A program made the position numbers and the translations under genes. A model generated the notes under the pieces. That model was given only the letters and a program-made list of their open reading frames with translations. It ran no database searches and was not told the DNA's origin. Below are positions 15,672-24,146 of a stretch of 25,224 nucleotides of DNA, in pieces (position 1 is the stretch's first letter; the number at the start of each line of letters is the position of its first letter). Source of the stretch: Candidatus Micrarchaeota archaeon (GTDB lineage Archaea; Micrarchaeota; Micrarchaeia; Norongarragalinales; SBBD01). Where the stretch lies: assembly GCA_038046605.1 (NCBI GenBank), contig JBBSVW010000068.1:1-25224 (forward strand), read 5' to 3'.

Positions 15672-17213
15672 TTACAATTTGCGAACTATTCCTTTGGTGG
15701 CATCCACTTCCACCTTATCGCCGTCCTTTAGCCATTTGGTTGCAACTTTTGTCCCAATGACACAGGGGATTTTGAGCTCACGGGAAACAATTGCGGCGTG
15801 GCAGGTGACGCCGCCCTCATCCGTTACTATTGCAGCTGCCTTTTTCATCGCCGGCACCACATTTGGGTTTGTGGCAGGCGAAACCAGGATATCGCCCTTG
15901 TTCATCTTTGCCATATCCTCCGCCTTTCGGATGATCCTGACAATCCCCCTTGCATAGCCGGGGTAGGCAGGGGTTCCTGTAAGCCGCCTGATTTTCTTGT
16001 CCACTTTTTCCTCAACAATGAGTTTTGACCATTTTTCAGCCTCTTTTCCTGCCAGAATGCGGGGACCTTTTTCGTCGGCTACCATCACATAAAGTGAAAT
16101 CCGCGAATTTAACAGATCGGCATCTACTTTGCCGGTTTTGAGTGATTCCCTAATTTCCTTAGGCATCATGTGCCTAACCTGCTTTGGAGAAAGGTTTAGC
16201 CTCCTTGCAATCTCTCGGATCAGTGGATCCGAATTCCTGCTGGCAATAAAGACGGAATCCTTGCGAAGGCCTTTCAGATACGAAAAGGTCCGGGCAACCT
16301 TGCACCAGTAAATTTCATCCTTGGTTAAACGAAGTGATTTAGCCATCAATTGCTGCCCTTCGAGCACCTCCTTTTCGTGCCTAACGAGGGCATTCATTTT
16401 GGATTTCCCATCAATTCCCTGTTTCAATTCACTCCTCAAAAGGTCGGCAAAATAATCAACCTGCAAAATTGTGGGCCCATCATAGTGGAATTGGAGCCAG
16501 TCGTATTTTTCAGCGTGGGCAATGAGCGGTAGGGATATCTTAGGGATATGCACAAGCGAAGGGATGATGCTTCCAATTTCCATCGAAAATATTCCCTTTG
16601 CACGCCTGTCAGATTGGATTTTTGCCAAAATGCCATACAGCTCAAATTCCTCCTGCTGCATGAATGAGCGCTCGGTTGGGGTCCCCAGGATTCCAAATGC
16701 CTCACCTGCGGAAATATCGGAGTTTGAGCGATCCACTGCTTCTTCCAGAAAGGCCAAAATCTTGTTTGTAAGCATAAAATGGCCAAAATCCGAAAGGTTG
16801 ACAATATCGCCCCAAACATTCATTGCCCTCCAATATGAAAGCAGCTCATCGTAACGGTCGGAAAGCGCCACATTTGGCTTATTTGCCAAAGATGCATATT
16901 TTAGTTTAATGGAATTGGTGACCAAATTCAAGCAGGCCTTTTTCTCCTCTGAATATACCTTTACCAAAAACCCCTGCTCCCCAAGGCGCTCAAGCACAAG
17001 TTTGCCCAGTTCATCCCATTCGGATATTTCGCCACGTTGCCTGCAGCAATACCTCCACTGCGCATTCCTTGAATCCATGCAGATCGTATAATTATTCCTG
17101 CCAAGTATCGGCTTAAGTAGGGTACTGCAAGCCGTCATATAGCTTGCCGCATGCGGATAGGGCGATGCGTGATCCTCTGCAAATGCCTTGTAGTGGATTT
17201 TCATACCATTCAC
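15672..17213 (-). CDS. PEP-utilising-enzyme mobile (phospho-His swivel) domain fused to a large N-terminal helical domain
   Basis: C-terminal 'LTGTPAYPGYARG...GDILV...T...AAAIVTDEGGVTCHAAIVSRELKIPCVIG...GDKVEVDATKG'. No ATP-grasp and no PEP-binding TIM barrel. Start GTG 17213 or ATG 17204. Confidence 0.88.
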   Translation of the reverse strand: MNGMKIHYKAFAEDHASPYPHAASYMTACSTLLKPILGRNNYTICMDSRNAQWRYCCRQRGEISEWDELGKLVLERLGEQGFLVKVYSEEKKACLNLVTNSIKLKYASLANKPNVALSDRYDELLSYWRAMNVWGDIVNLSDFGHFMLTNKILAFLEEAVDRSNSDISAGEAFGILGTPTERSFMQQEEFELYGILAKIQSDRRAKGIFSMEIGSIIPSLVHIPKISLPLIAHAEKYDWLQFHYDGPTILQVDYFADLLRSELKQGIDGKSKMNALVRHEKEVLEGQQLMAKSLRLTKDEIYWCKVARTFSYLKGLRKDSVFIASRNSDPLIREIARRLNLSPKQVRHMMPKEIRESLKTGKVDADLLNSRISLYVMVADEKGPRILAGKEAEKWSKLIVEEKVDKKIRRLTGTPAYPGYARGIVRIIRKAEDMAKMNKGDILVSPATNPNVVPAMKKAAAIVTDEGGVTCHAAIVSRELKIPCVIGTKVATKWLKDGDKVEVDATKGIVRKL

Positions 17214-17230
17214 ATAGCAGTGATATTGTA

Positions 17231-17324
17231 ATGTTCAGTGATAATCTGGAATATATAGCCAGATATGAACATCCAGATGAAGATTCCAATTATATCCATG
17301 CAACATATCTGAAAACCTAGATAT
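17231..17324. promoter_or_regulatory. Candidate operator array around a TATA-like box
   Basis: Nested inverted repeats ATGTTCA 17231-17237 / TGAACAT 17266-17272 and ATCTGG 17244-17249 / CCAGAT 17259-17264 flank ATATATA; extra CCAGAT 17273-17278; ATATCT 17305-17310 / AGATAT 17319-17324. Confidence 0.55.
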
Positions 17325-17339
17325 TAACACCTTTAGCCG

Positions 17340-18005
17340 TCATATGCCGGAAAATATGGCAGTTTCAGACAAAAGGGAGGCCATTAGCTTTGATTCTGCC
17401 TTCTTCAAATGCTCCTGGAAGGTAGACCTTGGTACATGGAGCCTTTTGGAAATATCCTCAGCTGAGGATTTCCTCGGGTATTCATAATACCCGAATTTGG
17501 AAGCTGCTCTTATTGCCTCAAGCTGCTTTTTTGTCAGGGATGTGAAAACGGAAGGGAGCAATATGTTTATTGGCATTTGCCTAAGGCTTTGCAAATAAAT
17601 TTCTGTTTTAAGGCCAATGGACTTTACCTTCTTGAAAATCTCAAGAAGGTGCCTTTTCTGAAGGCTTCCAAGCGTCCAGTATTCCCAGCCGCCGTAGGCA
17701 AGTACCGGCCGGAGAAAAAATACCGTGCCCCCAAGGATAAGGTGATGGAACGCGGTATCGACCCGTATTCTGTAAAAAATCTGGTCATTTTCGATCTTTA
17801 TTATCTCCGCCCTCTTCTCCTCCGTAAGGCCTTTTATAAATTCTGCCTTGCGCTTGCCGGAAACAACGCATACCTTGTAGAGGTATTCCTTGCCCTTGTC
17901 CTCGTAGGCATTCAGGTATTGCGTGGTAATCGTGACTCCGGTCCTAAGGCCCACATCCAGCATCCCGGAGCCCTCGTGCCGAAGCTTGAATTTTGCGACC
18001 CACAT
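17340..18005 (-). CDS. Bacterio-opsin-activator-type (HTH_10) transcriptional regulator
   Basis: C-terminal LTKKQLEAIRAASKFGYYEYPRKSSAEDISKRLHVPRSTFQEHLKKAESKL is the HTH_10 signature; N-terminal putative sensor domain. Confidence 0.9.
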   Translation of the reverse strand: MWVAKFKLRHEGSGMLDVGLRTGVTITTQYLNAYEDKGKEYLYKVCVVSGKRKAEFIKGLTEEKRAEIIKIENDQIFYRIRVDTAFHHLILGGTVFFLRPVLAYGGWEYWTLGSLQKRHLLEIFKKVKSIGLKTEIYLQSLRQMPINILLPSVFTSLTKKQLEAIRAASKFGYYEYPRKSSAEDISKRLHVPRSTFQEHLKKAESKLMASLLSETAIFSGI

Positions 18006-18111
18006 AGGTTATCAATTTTTACTATTTTTATTTTCAAAGGGCATTTGGGGCGGCATTTTACCAAGCATTGCAAACAAGTAAGAACCTTCCCCGCCAATAT
18101 TGCTTTTCCCT

Positions 18112-19071
18112 TTACATAGTTGTTATCGGACGGCTCTGCACGATGTAGATTTTGCCCTTTTCGATGGCGAATTCCATGTCCTGGGGGAAATTGTAGTGCT
18201 TTTCAATTCCGATGCAGATTTTTGCCAGCTGGATGATAGTTTTGCCGTCCATTTTCTGCTTGGAGCGCAAATTCGGTGGAACGGGAACAGATACGGTTTG
18301 CACTTTGTTTCCGGTGATTTTCTTTGTTATCATTTTTTCCTGCTCATTAACCGCAACATCCACAAGGGAAAGGTCGCGCTTATCCACGACGTAATTATCC
18401 GGGGAAACAAGGCCGGCAACAACCGATTCGCCTAAGCCATATGCCGCCTCAATTACCATCTGATTTTTGTCCTTTGTTACCGGGTGGACAGTGAATACCA
18501 CGCCGGCAACCTCGGATTGGACCATCTTTTGGACTACGACGGCAACGGAAACATTTTGCAAGTGCATTTTTTTCTCGATGCGGTAAAAAATGGCGCGGGG
18601 GGTAAAGAGTGATGACCAGCACAGTTTGACCGTTCTCATCAAACCCTCCCTTTGTATGTTCATGTATGATTCGAGCTCGCCCGCCCAGCTCGCATTCGCG
18701 CCATCCTCGGCTGTTGCGGAGGAGCGGACTGCTACAAGGGATGCGCCAAGGGAATCGAATTGGGATAGCGCCTCATGATCCACTTCCTTTGGGATTTTTC
18801 CCTTGGAAATCAGAAGTCGGATATCCCTTGATGCCTTGTCAACAGTTGCGGTCTTTTTCACATCCACTTTTTTTAGGATGGAATCGATTTTGCCATTTAG
18901 TTTATTCGCTTTGAGGAATGCATCAAATGAGGGGGTTATGACAACAAACCCGGGAGGCACCGGAATTCCCGAATTGAACATCTCCCCAAGCTGCGCGCCC
19001 TTGCCGCCGGCAATTGAAACTGATTTCCTGCCTAGTTTTTTGAATGGAACCGCATAAATCCCCATTGGCAT
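18112..19071 (-). CDS. Stand-alone PEP/pyruvate-binding ATP-grasp domain (PPDK_N-like)
   Basis: GGKGAQLGEM, VPPGFVIT, VAVRSSATAED, VVVQKMV, GLGESVV, QDMEFAI; ends at IVQSRPITTM*, the usual end of this domain. Confidence 0.92.
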   Translation of the reverse strand: MPMGIYAVPFKKLGRKSVSIAGGKGAQLGEMFNSGIPVPPGFVVITPSFDAFLKANKLNGKIDSILKKVDVKKTATVDKASRDIRLLISKGKIPKEVDHEALSQFDSLGASLVAVRSSATAEDGANASWAGELESYMNIQREGLMRTVKLCWSSLFTPRAIFYRIEKKMHLQNVSVAVVVQKMVQSEVAGVVFTVHPVTKDKNQMVIEAAYGLGESVVAGLVSPDNYVVDKRDLSLVDVAVNEQEKMITKKITGNKVQTVSVPVPPNLRSKQKMDGKTIIQLAKICIGIEKHYNFPQDMEFAIEKGKIYIVQSRPITTM

Positions 19072-19113
19072 TCACCCACAGGATATGGTAAATGTGCGCC
19101 CATTTTTAAAGAG

Positions 19114-19884
19114 TTATTTTGTTAGGCGAAAAATGAAAAAAGCGGCAAATAGGGAAATCAAATATGCAAATAGTGTCCCTGCAACTAATCCAAAGGCCGG
19201 CACACCGTAATAGAATACGATCACGAATGGAATCACATTGAGGATGCCAAAGGTCATTGCCTTGCCGGTGGAGGCGGCAAATTCAATGCCATGCCTTTTG
19301 GTGAGGAAGTAAAAGGAGGTTGAAAATGCTGCGGGGAAGGATGCAAACATTCCGCCCCAAAGTGGCCCTAGGAATTTGGAGAGGATAACCGCAATGGAAA
19401 CTATAAGGCCGGAAAAAAGCCACCTTATCGCATACTCCCTTTTCCTAATTTTAATTTGGGGGATTTTTTTGCTTTCATATCCCCTCAAAATGAACATTGA
19501 AAAAGCGAAGATTGGCGCGGAAACCAGCAGCGAAAGTAAAAGATTGTCGATTTTGATTGCAATGAAAGGCAAAATCACAAGGGCCCAAATAATCAAGGAG
19601 AGGGGAATGGAATAATTGCCAAGCCGTTTGAAGAAATGCACATATGAAACTATGAAAACGGTGCTTGCGGATAGGACGATTGGCATGATTGCGCTTGCTT
19701 CAATTGCAGCGTGGTTGCTATTTGTCCAGGCGATGAATAGGAGGCTTACAAGGCTTGTTGAAGGAAGGCTAAGGAAGATCCCACCGGCCTTTGAACCGAG
19801 CTTTTCGGCAATCCGGATGCTTAGTGCAATTAAGCCCCCGCCGACAATAAAGGATAGGAGAAGTTTGACATAAAAAATATCCAT
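19114..19884 (-). CDS. DUF3147-like polytopic membrane protein with internal duplication
   Basis: About 8 TM segments; two homologous halves with 'AEKLGSKAGGIFLSLP' and 'SKFLGPLWGGMFASFP'. Confidence 0.7.
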   Translation of the reverse strand: MDIFYVKLLLSFIVGGGLIALSIRIAEKLGSKAGGIFLSLPSTSLVSLLFIAWTNSNHAAIEASAIMPIVLSASTVFIVSYVHFFKRLGNYSIPLSLIIWALVILPFIAIKIDNLLLSLLVSAPIFAFSMFILRGYESKKIPQIKIRKREYAIRWLFSGLIVSIAVILSKFLGPLWGGMFASFPAAFSTSFYFLTKRHGIEFAASTGKAMTFGILNVIPFVIVFYYGVPAFGLVAGTLFAYLISLFAAFFIFRLTK

Positions 19885-19962
19885 GTAAATTCAGCTGTTT
19901 TGTTATTTTGGGGAAATAGTTGAAAAGGCGCATTTCAGGTTATATAATTGGATTTTCCGGGT

Positions 19963-20988
19963 TTATTCGGAAGGGGTATTGATTTCCAAGGATTCATTTT
20001 CAGCATCATTTGTCGGCGTTGGGTCCGGTAATTCCAAAACAACATTTGCCCCCCCAACGGTGGCTTTTAGTCCCAGTTGACCCATTATTGCTTTTTCAAT
20101 ATCCTTATCCGCCGCCTTTTGGCGTTTTAGCTCCCTTGCGATTTTAAGCACTTTTTCAATGAGCTCGAAATTGCCATACACGAAATTGCCCGCATTCTGG
20201 TATTCCTCCAATTCCCCTTCAAACTTTTTAAGGGCGGATATTTGCTGCTTCAAGATGAATTCGATTTTTCTGGAGGGAGCATTTGTTTCATCCTTTAAGG
20301 CATCCTTTTGGGAATTGCCAATTGGATCATCTGCGGCATTGCCCACCCGCCCCAAAACCGCCGCGCCATAGTATTCATCGGCCATTTCGCATACGGAAAG
20401 GTACGCCTTTTTTTCCGAATTTGGGAACTTTTCCGTAGGGGTTGAGGAAAATCCCACGATTTTTCCCTCTATTAGATGGAGTGCGGGTTCCTTTTTTGGC
20501 AACTCCCCCAGCCGATTTTTATTTGGAAGTGGCACGTAAATTTCCGAATTTTTAATGGTGCGCGTCTTTGAAACCTCCGCCTTATAGGCGCCGATTATTT
20601 TGCCTTCGAGGTTGGTCAAAACAAGGTTGCCTTTTGCAAACATCTCAAAAATCAGGTGGAATTCCTCCTTCTTTTTCAATGTGATTGCAAATACCCTATC
20701 GTCATTTTCCTGTGATATTCCCACGATCTGCGCATTATCCAGGTATTTGCGAAGGAGCATGGCAAAATTGGAGGGGGATTGCGGGGATTCGACTATGAAT
20801 TTGGAAAGATGCGCCCTAAGGCCCAATTCGGCAATGAAGTTATATTCCTTATCCGCCCTCACCTTGAATCGGAACACGTTTTGGGAAAGCTCGTAGATCT
20901 TGCCCAGATGGCCCCCAACCATTGGCTGGAGCTCTGATACCAGGAAATGATAGTCAAGATTGGTCATCTTCTGCGGCTGGATTTGCAT
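19963..20988 (-). CDS. Rqc2/NEMF (NFACT family) homolog, shortened
   Basis: 'MTNLDY...ELQ', 'PSNFAMLLRKYL', 'QENDDRV', 'LIFEMFAKGNLVL', then a coiled coil (QQISALKKFE...AGNFVYGNF). Start ATG 20988 or 20967, about 341 aa. Confidence 0.85.
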   Translation of the reverse strand: MQIQPQKMTNLDYHFLVSELQPMVGGHLGKIYELSQNVFRFKVRADKEYNFIAELGLRAHLSKFIVESPQSPSNFAMLLRKYLDNAQIVGISQENDDRVFAITLKKKEEFHLIFEMFAKGNLVLTNLEGKIIGAYKAEVSKTRTIKNSEIYVPLPNKNRLGELPKKEPALHLIEGKIVGFSSTPTEKFPNSEKKAYLSVCEMADEYYGAAVLGRVGNAADDPIGNSQKDALKDETNAPSRKIEFILKQQISALKKFEGELEEYQNAGNFVYGNFELIEKVLKIARELKRQKAADKDIEKAIMGQLGLKATVGGANVVLELPDPTPTNDAENESLEINTPSE

Positions 20989-21121
20989 TGGAATCAACAA
21001 ATAAATAGGGATAAGGGATAATAAGATGGTTGGGATGGGTTGCGGAAACGAACGGCAAATAATTCGGGAAAACCGCAAATCTCCTAATTTTCAATTATTT
21101 CAAGGAAATGGCTATAGGCAA

Positions 21122-21261
21122 ATCAACGGTTGTGTCTCAAGAGCGAAAGCGAAGGGTGAACCCTGCGAGGGGGAGGCTGGACTGGCAACTTCGGGTGCTG
21201 CAGAGGGAAAAACCGTCTCCAGCTTCAGAGGTATTCCAGACGTGAGACAACGCCGGTTGGT
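21122..21261 (+). ncRNA. Candidate structured non-coding RNA of unknown family
   Basis: GC-rich island in an AT-rich spacer. Closing helix 21122-21139 / 21243-21261 (includes TGTCTCA/TGAGACA); 9-bp helix GAGGCTGGA/TCCAGCTTC; hairpins capped by GAAA, GCGA and cUUCGg on the + strand. Confidence 0.65.
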
Positions 21262-21296
21262 CAAGTAAAATTATATATGGGAAATTCAATGCGAAA

Positions 21297-22187
21297 TCAG
21301 ACCAAAATCTTTGCACCCTCCTTCTCCACAATCAGGGTGGTTTCAGCTTGGGAAACAAAGCAGTCCTTTTTGGCTTCCTTTAAAACCGGATAGGAATGCA
21401 AAATGCCTTGTTTTTCAAGATCCGCAAGTGAGAGGCGCAGCATGGGAATGTCCTTGAACCACCTGGCAGCAAACGGCATGGTTAAGTGCTCTTCTGCAAC
21501 ACGTGCAAGCAATTCCCGGCTCTTTGGAAGCCTAACAGCCATATTGGCATGCGGCTCAAGGCTCCAAATCTGGCAATAATCGCCCTCATTCACATATCCC
21601 TTTCCTGTCGAGGCGAAGGGCTCAATTGCAAAAACATCCCCTTCCTTTAATATATAGCCGCCGCGCGCAACATTAGGTATTTCCACGCCGGCATGCAAAT
21701 TGTACTGCTCAAGCGAATGCCCGCATAGGTTTTCAACAGGCACAAAGCCATATTCCATTATGGTCCTCTCGATTTCCGTCCCTATGGCCTTGACATTTAC
21801 GCCGGCTTTTACGACACTTAACGCATTTTGGAGGGCCATTTCCGCCGCCTCAATTAGTTTGGCATGCTCATTTGATGGATTATAGGAAAAAGCGGTATCT
21901 ATTGCAAATCCTTCAATCATGACACCAAAATCCACCTTGGCAAGGTCCTTTTCGGCAATTTGGCGTGTATCGGATGCCTCCGGTGAATCATGGGCGGCAT
22001 TGCCATTTACGGAAATGTTTACAGGGAAAGCGGGTTTGCCCCCTTCCTTAATTATCTGATTTTCAATGGACTCGGCAATTTTAAGAAAGCCTTTTTCCGC
22101 CTTAACCAATTCCCTGCCAAATTTCATTATCTTCCTGGCTATAGCGCTTGCCTCCAAATAGTGTTCCAAATCGTGATCCTCCAGCAT
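21297..22187 (-). CDS. map: Methionine aminopeptidase type II
   Basis: PAFPVNISVN..AAH, KVDFGV, IDTAF, NLCGHS..YNLHAG, FAIEPF, SQAETT, with the type II helical insert; ATG at 22187. Confidence 0.96.
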   Translation of the reverse strand: MLEDHDLEHYLEASAIARKIMKFGRELVKAEKGFLKIAESIENQIIKEGGKPAFPVNISVNGNAAHDSPEASDTRQIAEKDLAKVDFGVMIEGFAIDTAFSYNPSNEHAKLIEAAEMALQNALSVVKAGVNVKAIGTEIERTIMEYGFVPVENLCGHSLEQYNLHAGVEIPNVARGGYILKEGDVFAIEPFASTGKGYVNEGDYCQIWSLEPHANMAVRLPKSRELLARVAEEHLTMPFAARWFKDIPMLRLSLADLEKQGILHSYPVLKEAKKDCFVSQAETTLIVEKEGAKILV

Positions 22188-22457
22188 AAAATCCCATTTA
22201 GTTGTAAATGAAGGCTTAAATAGCCACAACCTTGAATTGGAGAAAAAGCAATCGCATTAATCGGGCTGCAATCAATGGAAGACAGATTTTACCCTACAGC
22301 TACCCCAAAATGAAATTTTTGCAAAGCAATTAAGAAGGTTTTTAAGGGTTGGAAGAGTAGATGAGGAATCCATTGGTTTAATTTGGGAACGGATGCCTGC
22401 GGATGAACCGGGAATAATCCAAAAATATACCCGCCTGTGAACAAGGTTGGAATTACC

Positions 22458-23306
22458 ATGCCAAAAATCCAGAAAAGGGAGCAAACCAAAATGGGCTTTG
22501 TGAAAAAGCCAGCAAAGGTTAGCCCGCTGCAGGAAATTTTCGGAATCAAGACGGATTACCTCTTGGCGGCCCTTTTGGTTCTTGGTGTTGGGGCGTACAT
22601 CATCTTAAAGCGGCCCATCTTCGGGATCATTTCCTTGATTTTGCTTCTCGCGCTTTTCCTAAAAGACGCGCTACCTGCCTCATCTGATTCAAAGAGCGTA
22701 AAGAGGTCGGTTTACGAGCTTGGAATTGCCCTATTTGGCGCGCTTGCCGTATGGTATGGGCTGGGGTTCTTATTGCAAACCGCAACCCCAATTGATGTTG
22801 TCACCTCCTGCTCCATGCTTCCCGCCCTTGATAGGGGGGATATAATCATCCTGCAGGGGGGCGATATTTCTGCAAAGGAGGTTACGATAAACAAACAGGT
22901 GGAATTCAAGGATTTCATAAAAAGCGAATGCGCCATAAGGGAAATGGCTTCAGGCATTGAACGGAAGGAGGCATGCACAAGCGGGCTAATTGTGGATGGA
23001 AAAAGTTATGCGTTTGATACCACAGGGGATATTGTCGTGTATGAACCGAATAATGCGTATAAGGATCTAGGGTTGGTTGTGCATAGGGTGGCGCTAAAGA
23101 TCAATTTCAACGGAAACTTTAGTTACCTGATTAAAGGAGACAACAATCCATCTCCGGATGTGTTTGGAATATCCTCTGATTTTGCCAAAAGGGAGCAGAT
23201 GCATGGGAAGGTGATTTTGCGCATTCCCTACCTCGGATACCTAAAGCTGTTCCTTTCGATGCAGTTCGATGAGCCGGCGAATTGCAAGTATATTGTGGAG
23301 CAATAA
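22458..23306 (+). CDS. Signal peptidase I (S26, ER/Sec11-type Ser-His)
   Basis: VVTSCSMLPALDRGDII (Ser), VVHRV (His), KGDNN..PD, GKVILRIPYLGY; about three N-terminal TMs. Start ATG 22458 or GTG 22437. Confidence 0.9.
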   Translation: MPKIQKREQTKMGFVKKPAKVSPLQEIFGIKTDYLLAALLVLGVGAYIILKRPIFGIISLILLLALFLKDALPASSDSKSVKRSVYELGIALFGALAVWYGLGFLLQTATPIDVVTSCSMLPALDRGDIIILQGGDISAKEVTINKQVEFKDFIKSECAIREMASGIERKEACTSGLIVDGKSYAFDTTGDIVVYEPNNAYKDLGLVVHRVALKINFNGNFSYLIKGDNNPSPDVFGISSDFAKREQMHGKVILRIPYLGYLKLFLSMQFDEPANCKYIVEQ

Positions 23307-23465
23307 GGAAGGTTGCGGGAAATGGCTAAAAAAGCGGTTAGCCATATGGAAAAGAAATTGCACTTGACGCCCCAATGCCACAATTAATGCGCCTTGAACC
23401 CCACTTTAGCTGGCAATGAATGGGAATTTTAAGCCCAATTGCACATACTTATTCCGATAAGATAC

Positions 23466-24146
23466 ATGCATAAGACCCTAATTTTCCCATCCATCCTCTC
23501 CGCGGATTTCGCGAATTTCGAGCGGGATGTTGCTCTAGCAAAGGAAGCCGGGGCAGATGGCATCCAGCTCGATTCCATGGATAACCACTTCGTGCCAAAC
23601 CTCACCTTCGGCTGGAGCTTAATTGAAGCGCTGCGAAAAAAAACAGATATATTCTTGGATGCGCACCTGATGATTGAAAACCCGGCCAAATGGTCGGAAA
23701 AGTTCGCCAAGGCCGGAGCGGATAATGTGATTTTCCACATTGAAGCGGTAAAAAACGAGAGGGAAGCAAGGGCGGTCATCCGGAACATCCAAAAGGCGGG
23801 TTCGAAGGCAAGCATCGCTGTAAAACCCAATACCCCCATAAACAAAATCAAGCCTTTCTTGGATTCGGACCTGTTCTGCATACTGGTAATGACCGTGGAG
23901 CCCGGATTCGGCGGCCAGCAGTTCATGCAAAACATGATGCCTAAAGTGCGAAAAGCGCGGGAGTGGATAACTGAGGAAAAACTGAAAACACACATTCAGG
24001 TGGACGGGGGAATCAATTTGGAAACCGCCGAAATTGCAAAAAAGGCCGGCGCGGATATTCTAGTGGCTGGAAGCGCGCTTTATAAATATCGGACAGCAAA
24101 TGGGATGAAGGAAGCGATTAAAATTATGAGAAAATATAATATATGA
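23466..24146 (+). CDS. rpe: Ribulose-phosphate 3-epimerase
   Basis: PSILSADF, MDNHFVPNLTFG, DAHLMI, VMTVEPGFGGQ, IQVDGGIN, GADILVAGS; ATG at 23466. Confidence 0.95.
   Translation: MHKTLIFPSILSADFANFERDVALAKEAGADGIQLDSMDNHFVPNLTFGWSLIEALRKKTDIFLDAHLMIENPAKWSEKFAKAGADNVIFHIEAVKNEREARAVIRNIQKAGSKASIAVKPNTPINKIKPFLDSDLFCILVMTVEPGFGGQQFMQNMMPKVRKAREWITEEKLKTHIQVDGGINLETAEIAKKAGADILVAGSALYKYRTANGMKEAIKIMRKYNI

Noticed and set aside
15672-19071. Frameshifted or decayed PEP synthase (ppsA) pseudogene
   Set aside because: Both parts are intact ORFs ending at domain boundaries, separated by an intact regulator; the His domain is C-terminal and no PEP-binding barrel is present.
21122-21261. SRP RNA, RNase P RNA, 5S rRNA or canonical SAM-I riboswitch
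   Set aside because: No SRP helix-8 motif; GAGGTATTCC only loosely resembles RNase P CR-I and no CR-V is seen; no 5S signature; SAM-I P1 A-U pairs are missing and there is no downstream sense gene on the + strand.
22261-22440. Stop-free + frame upstream of the signal peptidase
   Set aside because: No start codon near its 5' end and no recognisable similarity; treated as intergenic.
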